63,727 bases of DNA, filler included, from Bigelowiella natans CCMP2755 (GCA_000320545.1; 5 parts of 5 records of this genome joined end to end with filler, not necessarily neighbours in it); one strand, 5' to 3'. Positions 1-14,171 are shown, counted from the first letter of the whole stretch. Numbers and translations: made by a program. The notes: generated from the letters alone by a model not told the origin.

Positions 1-132
1 CAAGATTAGTGCTATGGGCAAACGGTTCACCCGCTGAGGGAACATGCAAGAATTACCCCACACATAAGCCATATGACACCGGCGGACTTCAAATACACAT
101 ATAACTGGCTTCATATATATATATATATATTA

Positions 133-167
<35 letters not shown>

Positions 168-204
168 TGTGTATAGTCAATGTTTATAATATTACAAAGC
201 AGAG

Positions 205-583
205 AATCGTACCTTCGAGGCTGACAGCTAAAGCACGTAGGCCTTCCCTTGACGATGTATTTGAGTCTGTTTGTTGGCTTGGCGTTTGCCTATTGAGATC
301 CAAATCGCACATAGCCAGACAGACGACGACGAAATCGGGTAAAAACCAACCAAACAGAAGAAGAAAACCTTCCTTTATGTCCACTTTCAAAATGCATGTT
401 TTCTTCTAAAATGCACGCACGCGCGCACACATAGTCTCCCGCCGCACTTACGCAAGTGCACGCTAATCCGACTATCAAATACTATGTTACATATACTCGA
501 AACTAAGAGAGAGGAGGCATATCAGATCTACGTTGATTGCATCATCGTGTTGTTAGTATCATTGCCACAACTCTCCCTCTCTC

Positions 584-639
<56 letters not shown>

Positions 640-956
640 TGAAACACACACACACACACACACGCATAAAAACATACTCTCAAGTTTGAACGCATTCACA
701 ACCACACGCACATAAACACACACGCACAAACACACACACACACAAACACACACACACCTATACACACACACAAACACGTACCTCTTGGAACGTACACATG
801 AAGCATATGCAGTTCCACATTCGCGAGCAGCACCTTTGCTCATACCTATGGAGAACATGCTGATGGATTTCGCAACTTCACACATAAAAACCATGCCCAG
901 CTACAGTAACATAATCAAAACCGAATCTACACACATACAAACACACATTCCTTCAC

Positions 957-997
<41 letters not shown>

Positions 998-1170
998 CAT
1001 CTAAGACAGTGTTTGTAATGCTCATTATCTTCAATTGACATTTTTCAGTATAACAACTATAGCTACTGCTCAATAACCGTGTTTGTTGGAACTTGTGCCT
1101 ACGAAATCGGCTTTGCCTATGCAGACGATCACGCATCATCGTGGCCGTTGATGCTCTCCTCAACCCTATG
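205..1170 (-). CDS. Probable further minus-strand exons (Kir C-terminal tail or a neighbouring gene)
   Basis: Non-repetitive, AG/GT-bounded open segments between microsatellites: ~1080-1165 (GLRRASTATMMRDRLHRQ), ~782-846 and ~212-310. No recognisable domain. Confidence 0.3.
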
Positions 1171-1181
1171 GTGATGGATAA

Positions 1182-1223
<42 letters not shown>

Positions 1224-1316
1224 ATAAATTGTATACCTGATTTTATGTCCTCCGCGGTATTGTTCGCAGCTGTTTGAACATGGGCAACTCCTAGCATCGA
1301 TATTACAGTACACATA

Positions 1317-1378
<62 letters not shown>

Positions 1379-1420
1379 CACGCCACCATGCAAGCATTCA
1401 ATACTCGTCATTAGTCTCAA

Positions 1421-2916
1421 ATGTTTGACAACGAGCTACCAGATTGCTCCAACTTCCCATCAATGCCCTCCTCTTTGGGCGGAGAGAAATCTGATATAGG
1501 ACATACAACGAAGATTGTTAAGACTCCCCGATATTTGTTAATGTATAGCATGATAGGTCAAGTCAGTCACTGCGTAACTAGGCAATCCTGTAAGAGAATA
1601 GTCAAGAAGATGATTAACTCCCCCGTGGTGGTACTCCTGTGCTAAGTCGAGTTCTGAGACAATGGGGTTCTTTAGCGGCGCCGTATATTGGTAGGAAGAA
1701 AGAAGGCAGAGAGCAAGAGCATCATCGTCAGGAAAGGGCAAAGCAGTCCAAAAGGTATTAGCGGCAACCATTAGGTGATGAAATGCAATAAATGTGTATA
1801 TATGATGCGATCTGATATATTTTTCATGGTTCTATGGATTGTTAATGTAGTTTGAATTCTTGGTGGCGCAGGATAACACCACTCTTTGTTTTCGATTGAT
1901 GTGGTCATACAATGTTGTGTTGACCAGACATACAAACACGATGGTTTCTTAATTCAGAGCCCTCCCTCCGCCCCCCCCCCCTCGCCGATTTTGTGTGTGC
2001 GTGGGCGTGTTTGCGTGTATGTGTGCTTGTGTATGATAACTTATGTTTGTTACCACTAAATGTAGCGACTCTAGATCCACAATTAGGGTGTTAGTGTCCT
2101 GCTCATGCAGCCTAATCGCGTTTTCTACGAGTATCATCAATATGCATCAATCATTGGTAAGAGTGCCTAATCACTGTTGTATTCCAACTAAAAAAGAAAG
2201 TTGTACGTATTTGCAATATTGATATATATAAATATATATATATATATATTTATATGTAACACAAATATATTAATTTTTCAAGGCATTATTATCTCTTCGA
2301 ATACGCGCCATCAGCGCTAGACAAGTGGTTGATAGTAACAACCAAGACAATTGGATATAATTCCACTATTCCTTGTCCTTGTCGTTGTCTTCATTGTTTT
2401 CAATATCGTTGTTATTGTTCGCAATTGTATGAAAGAGTAGAACCGAAGCGGTGCCCCTTCTTCAGATCATTCACGTGGTAAAACCTAGTGCTGGCGACGG
2501 TTGATTGGAAATTCATCGAATAACTGACGTGATATAACACGCAAAAGTATAGGATGATGAGGACGATGATGACGATGATGATGATGATGATGAGAAGGAT
2601 GTTTATAGTTCCTTATACAGGAATGAACCACCTACTTGAAAGGCCTTTACATTTAGTAAAAAAAATATCGTGCAAAGAAGGAAAAAATGCACCGCCGTTT
2701 TCGCATTTCAATGCGTCTCAAAACTTATCGATGGATGGTGTGGTGACGCTCGCGTTGTGCTCGGAGGAAAAACGTGCGAATGCTGCCGTTGTCCAAACCG
2801 CACCCGATCAGCCTAACGACGACGATGAAGTCCTCAATCGCACCTTTCTTCGAGCAGCAAAAGTCCCACAAATGACCCTATGACCAGAATAAGGCGCATT
2901 TCAAGGTTTATGTAGG

Positions 2917-2955
<39 letters not shown>

Positions 2956-4332
2956 TATATCATATTTATATGCGTATATTCACATGTATAGACATCATCC
3001 CGTGACGTTTGCATCGCGTACGCACATGTGCCTCGATGTCGTGAATGATGGTAAATGCGGGGCCGATCAATATTGGATCTGGGTTGCGGAGTTTCAATTC
3101 TTGGCTCGAAACGAAGCTCTCCCCCTCTTCCGTGACTCTACACGACGCACAAAGATACATATCACATAATTGATGAGGCAGAAGCGAAGTCACGCCTCGT
3201 TCAGAGCAGCATTCGTGTGGTATACATGATAGTCATCACAAAGATCTTAGGATATCACGAATACAGTTTTACTGTGCAAAGGCATAAATGAAAGCCCCGT
3301 AGTTCAAAACGAATGGGGACGCTCTCAATGTGCTTTGGACCATTCGATAAAGAGCTGCACGCGAAACCTCGCAAGCACGGCAGCCATTGGCAAATATGCA
3401 TTTCCACCAAAACGTGCCGGGCGTCTTTCATTTATTCGTCGCGTGCTTGTTCACACGCACCTTGGGGCGAGAATGAAGGCCGAAAACTGACAGTCTACGA
3501 GCACCTCCGACTCCGACATCGTCGCACAGCGCATCACCTTTCCGATGGGGGGCGGGGGGGGGGGGGGTATTCAGAATACTATTCTCAAAAGTCGCATCGA
3601 ATATGGATGTACGATACACATATAATATGTGTGTGTGTGTTGATATTTATACCATGTAATAATGTTTTACATCAAAATTGGTACTATGTCGTCTTTTCCG
3701 ACACTAAATACGCATTTGTTACCAAACAAACGGTTAGGGAATGTGACGCTTTAACCCACCCCCTCCCTTCCCCTTGAAATCTCTTTGACAGCATTTAGTT
3801 GCAAAGAACAAGCAGAGCAGCAAGTACTACTACCAGAACACGCTTATGTGAATCGTTGTAGCGATAGTTGTGAATGCACGCTGCATTAGACCATTGAATG
3901 CTCGCATACGGCAGCGAGAATTTAATGAATGCTGTGGACGCCAAAGCATGAGACACAACTATATCAAGGAAAGGGGGGGGATTTGTAGTCGTAACTGGCT
4001 ATGGTTGGTACTACTTATTCACGGCGGAGGACAAGGAAGGACAATGGCGTCATAATCGTCGATGTAAATGTTGATGTATGATGTCATTCTCATGTCTTCC
4101 TGCAATTTCACGTCTCTCTCTCGAAATTTGTGTGATTTTGACTGGCCAACGTGTTTGTTGTTGTTGTTGTTGTTGTTGGGTGTGATTCTCGTACTTATTC
4201 CGGTGATGAGAGCTGTGAAGCAGAAAGCACTGAACGTACAGAATAACGATACCTTTTTTCGCAACAAGAACAACCGAAAAATGGGTGCTGTAGCACGCCT
4301 ACGGCGCGCACGCATATAGGAAAACAAACACG

Positions 4333-4368
<36 letters not shown>

Positions 4369-5501
4369 CGAGGGAGGTAGGGAGAGCTACTGCAATTTTA
4401 ATATATTCTCTACTTGTATATCTAGAGAAAACGAGAGAAAAAGAGAACGACTCAGTTACCAAAGACACATATCAAACGTGAGAAATCTTCGTAATTATCA
4501 TCAATGATATGTCATCACCATCGCCGTCACCATCACCATCACCATCGGCAACGTCATCATCATCATAATCATCATCAGCAGTAGTAGCAGCATCATTCAA
4601 ACCGCCTCTTGTGCATCGTTGGCCGGTGCCAAGACGCCATACCCAATCGTACACCTTTACACAACATACAACCACCAACAAGCACATGTAACTACTTTAA
4701 GACTGCTACTTATTTTGACCGGGGTGTGATACAGCTCGATCGTCCTAAAGGCAGTCGGGTGGGTAGAAACTCAAAATTTGCAGAACTCTCCGACGCCAAC
4801 TCGCATCGATTATTCGTCTTTCACAGCAGCTTCTTTAATAATGGAGAAGGCAGGCAAACACTCCTCCTCCTAACAAGAACACGTCGAAGCACACCAACCA
4901 CGTCTGTAGCGCCAGATTGTATGAATCCCACCAGTCTCTCTCCGATTTTCTGTTGGAAGCTGGTGTCGCTGCAAGTCACAAGCAAGCTCAATATGAACAC
5001 AAGGGCGGAGAACGCATGCAACTTGGATCGGCCACTTCCAAACATTACAACAACACTGCACGCGCAAGAAAATGCATTTCCATGTCCCCTCCACCCTTTA
5101 TTTCCTCTTTTGCTTCCTTCAGTAATGGCAGCACTCAGCCGTCTGATCTCCGACGGTAAAGTAATCTTACCGAGATAGAATAGAACTGCGAACGCGAACA
5201 CCAGGAGAATGACAGTTGCAAAGCAGCAAATGATGAGCTCTCTCCACGATGTTCCGACGAGAGAGTGCATGTAGTCCTACAGCAAGAATTGGGATATTGT
5301 TATGCACCAATGTTCAGCATCAGCGATTCGGTAGCTGATTTCACGGGGTATATGTGCTTGACTAGTTCCATATCTGCGCCGATTTTTATAGTGCATTTGT
5401 ATGCGTTGAGCATATGGTTCTTCTTTACAGATAACAAGGAAGCTAACACACGTTCTATTCTATTATATGGTTTGTCCCTATGCGTGTGTCTGTGTGTGTG
5501 T

Positions 5502-5567
<66 letters not shown>

Positions 5568-6365
5568 ATGAGAGAGAGTACCATAAGTATAGAGGAGGGA
5601 GAGAAGAGTCTGCACATATACAGGTGATTTCAGTTTACATCTCGCAATCATAACCTCACTGAAGTTGTACGGAATATCTTTGTAGATGACTTGTTCTTCG
5701 ATTTCGGATGTTAGTCCCGAGAGACGATAGTCTTGCTTTATTCTCTTGCCCCTTTTCCGCGCTCCTAGCAATGTGAAAATCCCCCTTCCCTTTTTCTGGC
5801 CGGTACTGCTGCTGCATCGTAATGTAGATGAAGTCGAATGCGCTCAGTATTACAGTAGAATACAGTTATATTTCCTTATTTCCTCGAAACTTTCTGAAAA
5901 CAACGAAAAACCCTCCCCCTCACCCTAAATGCGAGGCAAAGCTGGGAATTAAATTCGATATTTCTCGTTGTTTTTCTTTTTTTTTTTTACTAGTGCTATT
6001 TTATGTCGCATGTTTCAATCTACCAATTCTCAGATAATTAAGAGCAACCTGTACAGCTTCGAGCTAGTCTTCCTGCTAGCATTTGTTGTGGTTGAGTACT
6101 TGCGCTCTGATTGAGAGCGTGGTGCTAATTTTACTTGGTGTTTAGCTTGGCATTGAGATAGCTTCCTTCCGACCCCGGGAAGAGTTTGTGATTTAGTGTT
6201 TTTATCCCCTCCCCGTCGTATGTCCGGTTTACCATCATTTGAGCCTCCCTTTTCTGTACAAGTCGCCATTTCGATGTGCTTCTCTTTGCCTGTGGCGTTA
6301 CCCTTCCTGTTAAAGAAATGCAGAATAAGCCGTCCCTTCGGAACTGGATGGACGAGAGTCTCCAT
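1421..6365 (-). CDS. Inward-rectifier potassium channel (Kir/IRK family), multi-exon; both ends uncertain
   Basis: Minus-strand exons join in Kir order: slide helix/M1 DYMHSLVGTSWRELIICCFATVILLVFAFAVLFYLG (~5171-5277); selectivity filter TIGYG (4636-4650); M2 VSLFCTFSAFCFTALITGI (~4196-4252); FIKFSLPYASIQWSNAACI (~3860-3931); VMRCATMSESEVLVDCQF (~3460-3537); TEEGESFVSSQELKLRNPDPILIGPAFTIIHDIE (~3027-3137); DFIVVVRLIG (~2803-2878); YSMNFQSTVASTRFYHVNDLKKGHRF (~2443-2523); LIVDLESLH (~2050-2135). The start may lie further upstream (possible exons to ~6900). Confidence 0.88.
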
Positions 6366-7536
6366 CGTGTGGAAATTGGCATGAATTTTTGAACTTCGTG
6401 TTTGGAAAATAACTAGTGACAAATTCTTCTTTTCTCTGCATTCAGCATACGCAAATAGGATGCTTGCACGGAATAGAACTCACCTGGCTCGAAGCTGATG
6501 CTTTTGCTGCGATCCTATCCCAGGAAGCATGCCGACTCACCGGCGGCCAGGCCTGGGGGGGTACTTCGATATCTACACAGTCACGAATCCAACCAGTAAT
6601 TCATGCAATTAGACAAATTCATTTGTAACAAATAGATCCTCTTCATCCTCGCTCCACCCCCCACCAGCTAAATCGCACATGGGCTTCGGAACCTGATGGG
6701 CGAGAGGTGAGCAAGGCCCCTTTTTAGACTAAATAAATAGGATATATACGTGTACAGAGTTGATGCTTTAAATTAAAACAATTGCAACATACGTGTGTTT
6801 CGGTCGGTGCTCTCTCTTCAGCTGCTGGTCAAAGACAATCCCTATACGATACGCCGGTCGCTTCTGGAGAATATAGGCTTCATACTGCCAATTCGAAATA
6901 AATCTCATGGATTTTTATCATGTGGGTGGAAAAATCCATGACATTTAACGCGATGGTCAAAAAGGAAGGATGATTCGAGTAGATGTAGCCAGGATTTAAA
7001 GTCAAGAAATTCCGAATCCCGGAGACACATCTCTTGTTAAACCCTCGAGACTAGAGACTCGAACATTAGGTTGGAATTCCGGGATTCGATCATGAGGTAG
7101 CTTTCCGAGAAATTCCAACATTTTACTTTATGCATTTGTCGATATGTCCTACATTTTTGTTTTTATGATGTACGAAATAAATATTCCTGTTAGAACTAAA
7201 TTATGCGGAGGAAGGACACCTACTTAGGAAAACTTGATCTTTGATAAAACGCAGTAATTTAATGCTTTTAAGATATTTTTTTCCTCCTTTATATTGTCGT
7301 ATTATCAAATAGACAATTATTCAAGTCACTTGATCGTCAACTTACTTCTGACTTTTCAGTCTGCCAACATATCCACGGGATTCTCAAGCTCCAAGCTTGT
7401 GCAACCACGTTTCAAGCTGCATTTTATTTTGTCTTAGAAACAAAATATTTTTATTGTCGCAATATTATAAAAACCTATGGCAATCTCATTTAGAATTTAC
7501 TTTTCCTTCAATAAGATCTGAAAGTATTTTGGAACG

Positions 7537-10152
7537 ATGTTGACGCGCACCGTCCGCCGCCCTGCCCAGGTGCTACGCACCCCCTCCCTTGTTCCCAACA
7601 ACGTTGTTTGGAATTCAAATAGTGGATTCATTTTAGTTTAGTTTGACTTGCCACAAAGTTTCTGCTTTTTTAACGATGTTGATTTGTTTTAAATTAAAGT
7701 CCATCACCATATTTTAACAAATATGGTGGTCGAAACCCTCTTTAGTCAACATCTTACTTTTCATAACAAAGCCATGCTGCTTACGTACAGTGTAGGGTTT
7801 TGAGAGTGGGGGGAGATAGATTTCAGATAAGGCGAATGCTATTTGTCTTTTCTGCTTGTCTAAACTCCGTCTCCTGCGAACATACCCTCAAAGCGTTGTT
7901 ATTGAGTAGAAGCGATTTTTTTAAAAGGGTATGGGTTTAAGATGGCATTAGACTCGAAATTACAGCTCAATGATAACTTAAGGGCCATTTCAAATTATCC
8001 ATTTTGTATTCATTATCGTTTCTGTCTACATACGCGTATGTAATAATACAAAAACAGAACTATAATGTACCCATTCCTCACGTTGTGCGTTTATTCCCCG
8101 CAGCATGTCAGGCAGTTCGGTTCCTTGCTGAACATGTTCCAAACCTCCAAAATGCCTCGGTAATAATCATTAATTATCACTACGATTATCGTGAACATCT
8201 ACCACTCACGTACTCTCTCTCTCTCTCTCTCTCACTCACTCACTCGTACACGCACACACACACAACCGCCACTAACATGTTCATATTGTGGTCCCTCACA
8301 TTTTGTGCCACGATATGATACATGCCGTCTATAAATTTTTCGCTTGTTAGATAATCGTGTCTTAAATTTCACCATTTTATTCTGTTGTTGTTAGAGTTCC
8401 GCTGAGCGAGGGTATGGTCGATGTTCCAGCCAAAGCAGCCACGTAAGATCTTCCACAATAATTGCACTTCTGCTTCTCCCTCTAGACATAATTGATAGCT
8501 TCGGTAGTGCGTAAAATGCAAGATACTGATCCAAAATTCGAAATTCGAAGAAAGGGTTGGTTGTCGTCAAGGATGTACGAATTATCATTTCCCCATGTTC
8601 TGTTCGGTGTTGCAATGATAGTAGTAGGAGAGAGACGTAGCAACTGTTGTCAGCAACATATAATACGATACAAAGAATGTCCTTCTTTTTGGCCGCCATA
8701 TTTACTCGGTTATATGTATATTTTGAGATCGATGATAGTGTGAATGAAATTCTCTTCATCCTATCTTTCTCCCTCCCCCATCCACCCATCCACCACTGCC
8801 TAGATCCATCGTCCCCACGGATGCTCCGGCCATCACAACCCTTCCCAGCGGACTTCGAGTTGTCACATGCGATGATAAGAGCCCGGTATTAGCTTCTTCC
8901 GCCCCTAATTTCTGAAAAATACTGATGCCCTGTTTAGATTGGGAAGTCTAGGAAGGGGGGGGGGGGGGGGGAAGATGAGCTTGTATGATGCAAACAATCG
9001 GGTGCGATTTAGTGAGGTGTATATGTGTGCTTGTTGGGACGCAAACAGGTTGCATCGGTCGGTGTGTTTGTAGAGGCCGGCCAGAGATTCGAAGACGAAT
9101 ACACACAGGGCTCCTCTCTAGCCCTCGAACGAATGATCCTCGGGGTAATACGATAAGTCAGTATGATAAGTAAATAAAATAGAATAAAACATCTACAGAA
9201 ATGGAGCACTCTGTTTTTTTTCCAAAGAAAAAAGAATAAACTAAGTAACAAAACTGTCGAGCGAAGCAATGATTGTAGATGTACCACAAATATGGCCCTT
9301 CATGTGTGCTCGTTCCGCCATTTGTTGTTGTCGTTGCCGCAAGAAGATGCTTCAAGCTCACACCGTTTGCTGCCTGTTTGATCACCCTTTCAGCCAACTC
9401 AAAACCACTCGGCTTTGGCTATGAACCGCGCCGTTGCAGGCCTTGGGACAGGGGTGTCAGCTAGTGCCTCAAAGGAGCTCATCAGCTATGGCGCTGAAGT
9501 TCTTCGCACCGATGTAAGAAGAACGAAGAAGACGAAGAAATGTTAGAATATGAGTCATCGTCAGCGCAGCTGCTTGTACTACCAAAACCACCATCCCCAA
9601 CTACATAAGATATGCATTTTTCAAAGGGAAAAAACGGAGTATAGTCGAGGTTTTAGCGCCTCAGCTGCCCTTCCTGGCTTCTCTCCCTCCCCCCCCGCCC
9701 CCCGCCCCCTCTTTAAACTTGGAGTCGCAAATAGATATTTGAGATCCAGAGCTTGATTCCTCGGATAATCATTACAACGTTACCTCCCAGGTTCCCGCAA
9801 TGCTGCAGATCTTTGGTGAGGCCATTTGCAACCCCGTGATCAATCAGTGGGATGTGGACGCAGCGAAGAAGATGCTCTCCGAGCAGGCCGAGGAGCGCCA
9901 ATACCTTGTGGATGAGGTGTCGATGTCCGACATGGCGCACAGCACTGCGTACGTCAACACGCCCTTGGCCTTCCCTTCGGCGCCTACTACCAACGCAATC
10001 GAGATGGTGGGTTAGATACGGAGGGTTGGGTTTTGGGGGGGGGGGGGGGGCGGGGGGCGTCTTCTCTTCCCTGTTCGCACGTGCACTCGCGTTGTGTTTG
10101 CCGTCGTCGCCACGATCGATGTCGTCTCTGTCAATGTGTCATCATCATCAAC

Positions 10153-10187
<35 letters not shown>

Positions 10188-10635
10188 GCTGTTTATCATA
10201 CTTTGCATCTTCTGATCTTATGGTTTGCCGTGCTGTGGCAGATCTCTGCGGAAGGCGTGTCGGCTTTTATGAACGCCTTCTACACCGCCCCAAACACGGT
10301 CGTGGCTGCTGTTGGCGTTGAGCACGATGAAGTTGTCGAGGTAAATCAACTGAAATATAATATATATATGTATATATATATATAAAGAATGGCATTATGA
10401 GTAGCATAATATCCAACAATGCACATCCTCCTCTTCCGGCACGTTAATGAGGCAACTATGGCTGTCGATTCTTCCCATCATGCATTCAATGCAATGCAAT
10501 GTAAATGCAGGCCGTTGACAAGTATTTCGGCTCTCTCGGCGGCGAAAAGATGTCACCTATGGCAGCTAAGTAATAATAGCAAAGAATACGTACATTCTAT
10601 CAGTAATCATCAGTATGCATGATATTAGGTGATTC

Positions 10636-10667
<32 letters not shown>

Positions 10668-11629
10668 GTTAGTTATTATATTTCCCCTTCCTCCTACGAG
10701 AAGGAGAAGCATTTCTCACCCCCACTCCTAGAGTCAGAGGGGTTGTTGATTAGACCATTTGTACAAGAAGGGGGGGGGGGGGGATTTGTGAAATCTACAA
10801 ATGCAATTTTGAGTATCTCTTCAGATTTTTTGTTTATAAAAATTATAACGCCCAAAACCCCCCCCCTCCCCCCCTCCTCTCCTTTCTCGGTCCTCTGCAG
10901 ATACCAAGGCGGTGAGATCCAAATGCCAGGCTACGGGTCTGATGGAATGGCTCACGTCGCACTAAGCTTCGAGTCTGTCAACTGGACGGATGATTCTCTT
11001 GCTGCCGTATCCGTTCTCCAGATGATGATGGGCGGGGGGGGTTCCTTCTCCGCTGGTGGGCCCGGCAAGGGCATGTACACCCGTCTCTACGAGCAAGTTC
11101 TCAACAAGTAAGAGCGGGATCATGAGAATTAGAGAGCAGAAGAAGAAGAAGAAGAAGAGTAGGAGGAGGAGGAGAGTAGGAGGCACTCACTGGTGGCGGG
11201 TGACAAGGGCCACCCACCAGCGAGACGCTACTTACCCAATCTCCCCGCCGCTGCTGCTGCTGCATCAAACACTGTTATTATTCGGAAGATGAATCACATC
11301 CCAAATCCGCAGGGCTCTCATTATTTCCCTGCTGCATCTCTACTTCTTTTTCCTCCCCCCTTCCTCCCCCCCCCCGCCCCTCTCCCAGATACGGTTTCGT
11401 ACAGAGCGCCATGTGCAGCCAAGTCGTGTACTCTGACACCGGGCTCTTCACCCTCTACGGGATCTCCTTCCCTCAATATGCAAACCAGCTTGTAAGTTGT
11501 GTGATGACGATGATGATGATGATTGTTGGGATGACAAAAATAGTAATTATGCATGATAATAACAGTAGCAGCAGCATGTCTGTTGCAATTGTACCATCCT
11601 TTACCAGGGGTAGGGGGCAAGAAGCATAA

Positions 11630-11667
<38 letters not shown>

Positions 11668-12085
11668 TATATGTTACAACAAAGGCAAAGGGAGTAATTG
11701 AGTTCTCTCTCTCCCTCTCTAACTCTCTCTCCCCCCCTCCCCCTGCAGGTTGCCATCTTGGTGGAACAGGCCAACAAAATGGCAGGCCCCGTCAATGCCA
11801 CGGAGCTGTCGCGAGCTAAGAACCTTCTCAAGTCTTACATCTCCATGCATCTTGAGTCTCGCTATGGGCTCAGTGACGATATGGGGCGCGCCGTCATTGC
11901 GTACGTTGTCATAACGCGCACGTTGTTGTTGTTGTTGTTGTTTGAGAGCCGGTTGTTTGCCATGCTGCTACGTGCTGATAGCGTGCGGCTGCTCTCCTTC
12001 TCCTCCCCTCCTCCACCCACTCGTTTCATGTTCCTTCACATTGTTTTCCCTAGATCCCAAGGGTGTTGCGCTGATGGCCGTCAAT

Positions 12086-12116
<31 letters not shown>

Positions 12117-12827
12117 TGTCGTCGTTGCGTGTGTGTGTGTTTTCCTTCTTTCTCGCAGTTACAACCAGGTGAAAAGCGCCCAGGAGCTCTGCGCACAAGT
12201 TGATGCCGTCACTGCCAAGGACGTGCAGGTAGAGGAGGAGGATGATAACGATGATAATGACAATAGCTAATTATGCTTGTGACGCTTGTAATGCTCCCGA
12301 AAACGTTGTTGTTAGTATGTACATTTGTGTGCAGAGAAGGGGGGGCAAGAGCAATGAGTCGCCCTCGCATGAAAACAACTGATTGGTTATGAATGATCGA
12401 TATAGGAAATCGCCAAGAAGATGCTTTCGACCAAGCTCTCTGTGACAGCTTTGGGAGACGTCAGGTAATAATGTCAAGCAAAAATCTTATATTAGTAATA
12501 ATAACCAGACGAATAAAACTTCGATGAGGTCCTTTTGGTCGCCTTCTGTCTTTAATTTCTCCATATGATGACAGCAAATTATTCGCCCTTGAGTCACATT
12601 TGGCGCAATTTGCACAACAACACCTACTTTTTTTCAAAACGCAGCGTAACTTCTTCTAGTCTGCAATGCCTCGTGCTCGCAGTTTTCTATCTTTGATTTT
12701 CACCCCAGTGAGTTGTCTGTTTGCTTCGCTCCCTCGAATTTGCTCTCATCGCTATTATCGGTATGGATGTAACATCAGCGGCCTTCCATCAAGGGACGAC
12801 GTTGCTCGACAGATCACAGAGAAATAG
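7537..12827 (+). CDS. PMPCA: Mitochondrial processing peptidase alpha subunit (M16 family), ~15 exons
   Basis: Arg-rich presequence MLTRTVRRPAQ|HVRQFGSLLNMF (7537-7569, 8104-8159); ITTLPSGLRVVT (~8830); SVGVFVEAGQRFE...ALERM (no HxxEH zinc motif, as expected for the alpha subunit); diagnostic glycine-rich loop MMMGGGGSFSAGGPGKGMYTRLY (~11022-11090); YSDTGLF; ELSRAKN; last exon GLPSRDDVARQITEK* ends 12827. Introns are GT-AG. Confidence 0.95.
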
Positions 12828-13593
12828 ATACGAACGGCCTCCTGCACGCTTTGATGAATTCGATGCTATGGATATAATGTGCAGTTTTGGTTGCTAAGGG
12901 TGTCGTACTTACTTGCTACAATAAGTCAATTTTTCATCAAGAGCGTGAGCCTCGTCATCAGCGTATGTTGATCTTTGGGATGTAAATTGAATGCTCTTTC
13001 GTTTTGCAATTGGGCCAGCTGCTATACTGTACTAGTGGTGTAGAAGTAGTCGCATTGTTCTCTGCTGCTAACAGCAACGTGTACGTCTTGACATGGATTG
13101 CCAGTGAACGTGGTGTGTTTGAAATTGTGCACGTGCATGTGACAAGCGAGGAATGCAAAGATCTAAGGATTTAATGTAGCAAGCTCTAGAGCTAGCAAAT
13201 GTGGGTCATTAGACGAGGCCGATGACGTCGCGCTAGCGCGTCGCAATAATTCTTCTCGATCTGCAATACTAGGATGGTGGCCGCGATCTGCTAGCTAAGT
13301 AACGTACATGTACGTTACGTTTACATGCATGTAGGAATGCATCTAATAAAGACTTCTAGTTTATTGTAATGTGTGTTAGCACTAGCTAGCCAGCAGATCA
13401 CGAACATGGGAATGCCGTCCATGCAAGCTACATAACGTGTGGAATGCTATTCCATAGAACCCACAGTGCACGTACGTGATCGAAGCACTATGGACACAGC
13501 TAGACAGCTAAATATATAGTGTGTCGCGTCTCACAACCGCAGAGGAAAAAAGTCGAGAAGCTGCGCGCAAAGCGCGCCATGCTAGACCAAAAC

Positions 13594-13730
13594 AGGATGC
13601 ATTTTCATGCATGCGCCATGTGACCAAGGAAACAAATAGACACAATTTAAGCGCTGTAGCCGCTGCATTGCACAGCTACATTAGGATGACCATTGAAACA
13701 ATTTAAACATTTCATTACATCCGTCTCATA
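13594..13730 (+). mobile_element. Dispersed element copy 1 (3' end of a putative non-LTR retroelement)
   Basis: Shares GCTGTAGCCGCTGCATTGCACAGCTACATTAGGATGACCATTGAA...TTCATTACATCCGTCTCA with copy 4 and encodes DAFSCMRHVTKETNRHNLSAVAAALHSYIRMTIETI*. Confidence 0.65.
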
Positions 13731-14171
13731 TATAGTGTGTAACATTTGTGCTCAGCAGCAACGCACAGCGGCGGCACACTTCCAGCTGGATCGTCATACG
13801 AATCCTTTGTTGAGCACAACCTAACTGTCTACACGCTCGGCTCGCTTATTGCAGATGATGCGGCAACTGCAGTTCATCACATCGCATGTACATGTGCTGG
13901 CCGGAGCGTGCCACTAGCGCAACCGCATTGTCTGCATCACATGGGCCTCGCGAATGACACCATTGCTAGATTGGTAGCGTTCACAGCGAACAAATAGCTT
14001 GGTTCTCTACATCTCAAATCTCATGGGATCCTGAAGTGACCGTGTGTGAGCTGTCAATGCTTCTGGAAAACTAAAATTGAATCTACTTCTTCTTCTTGTT
14101 GTTGTTCTTCTTCTTCTTCTTTAGGAGCCTGTCGTTGCAACACAAACAACACTTTTGTGTCAGAGTAAACC

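Noticed and set aside
2690-2725. Possible TGA-containing Kir micro-exon (GFETH*NAKTA)
   Set aside because: The exon starting ~2523 (YSMNFQSTVASTRFY) joins in frame and matches Kir better.
6678-6726. Short hairpin followed by a T-run, resembling a Pol III ncRNA end
   Set aside because: No tRNA/snRNA fold or A/B boxes recognised, and the segment may be an upstream exon/intron boundary of the Kir gene.
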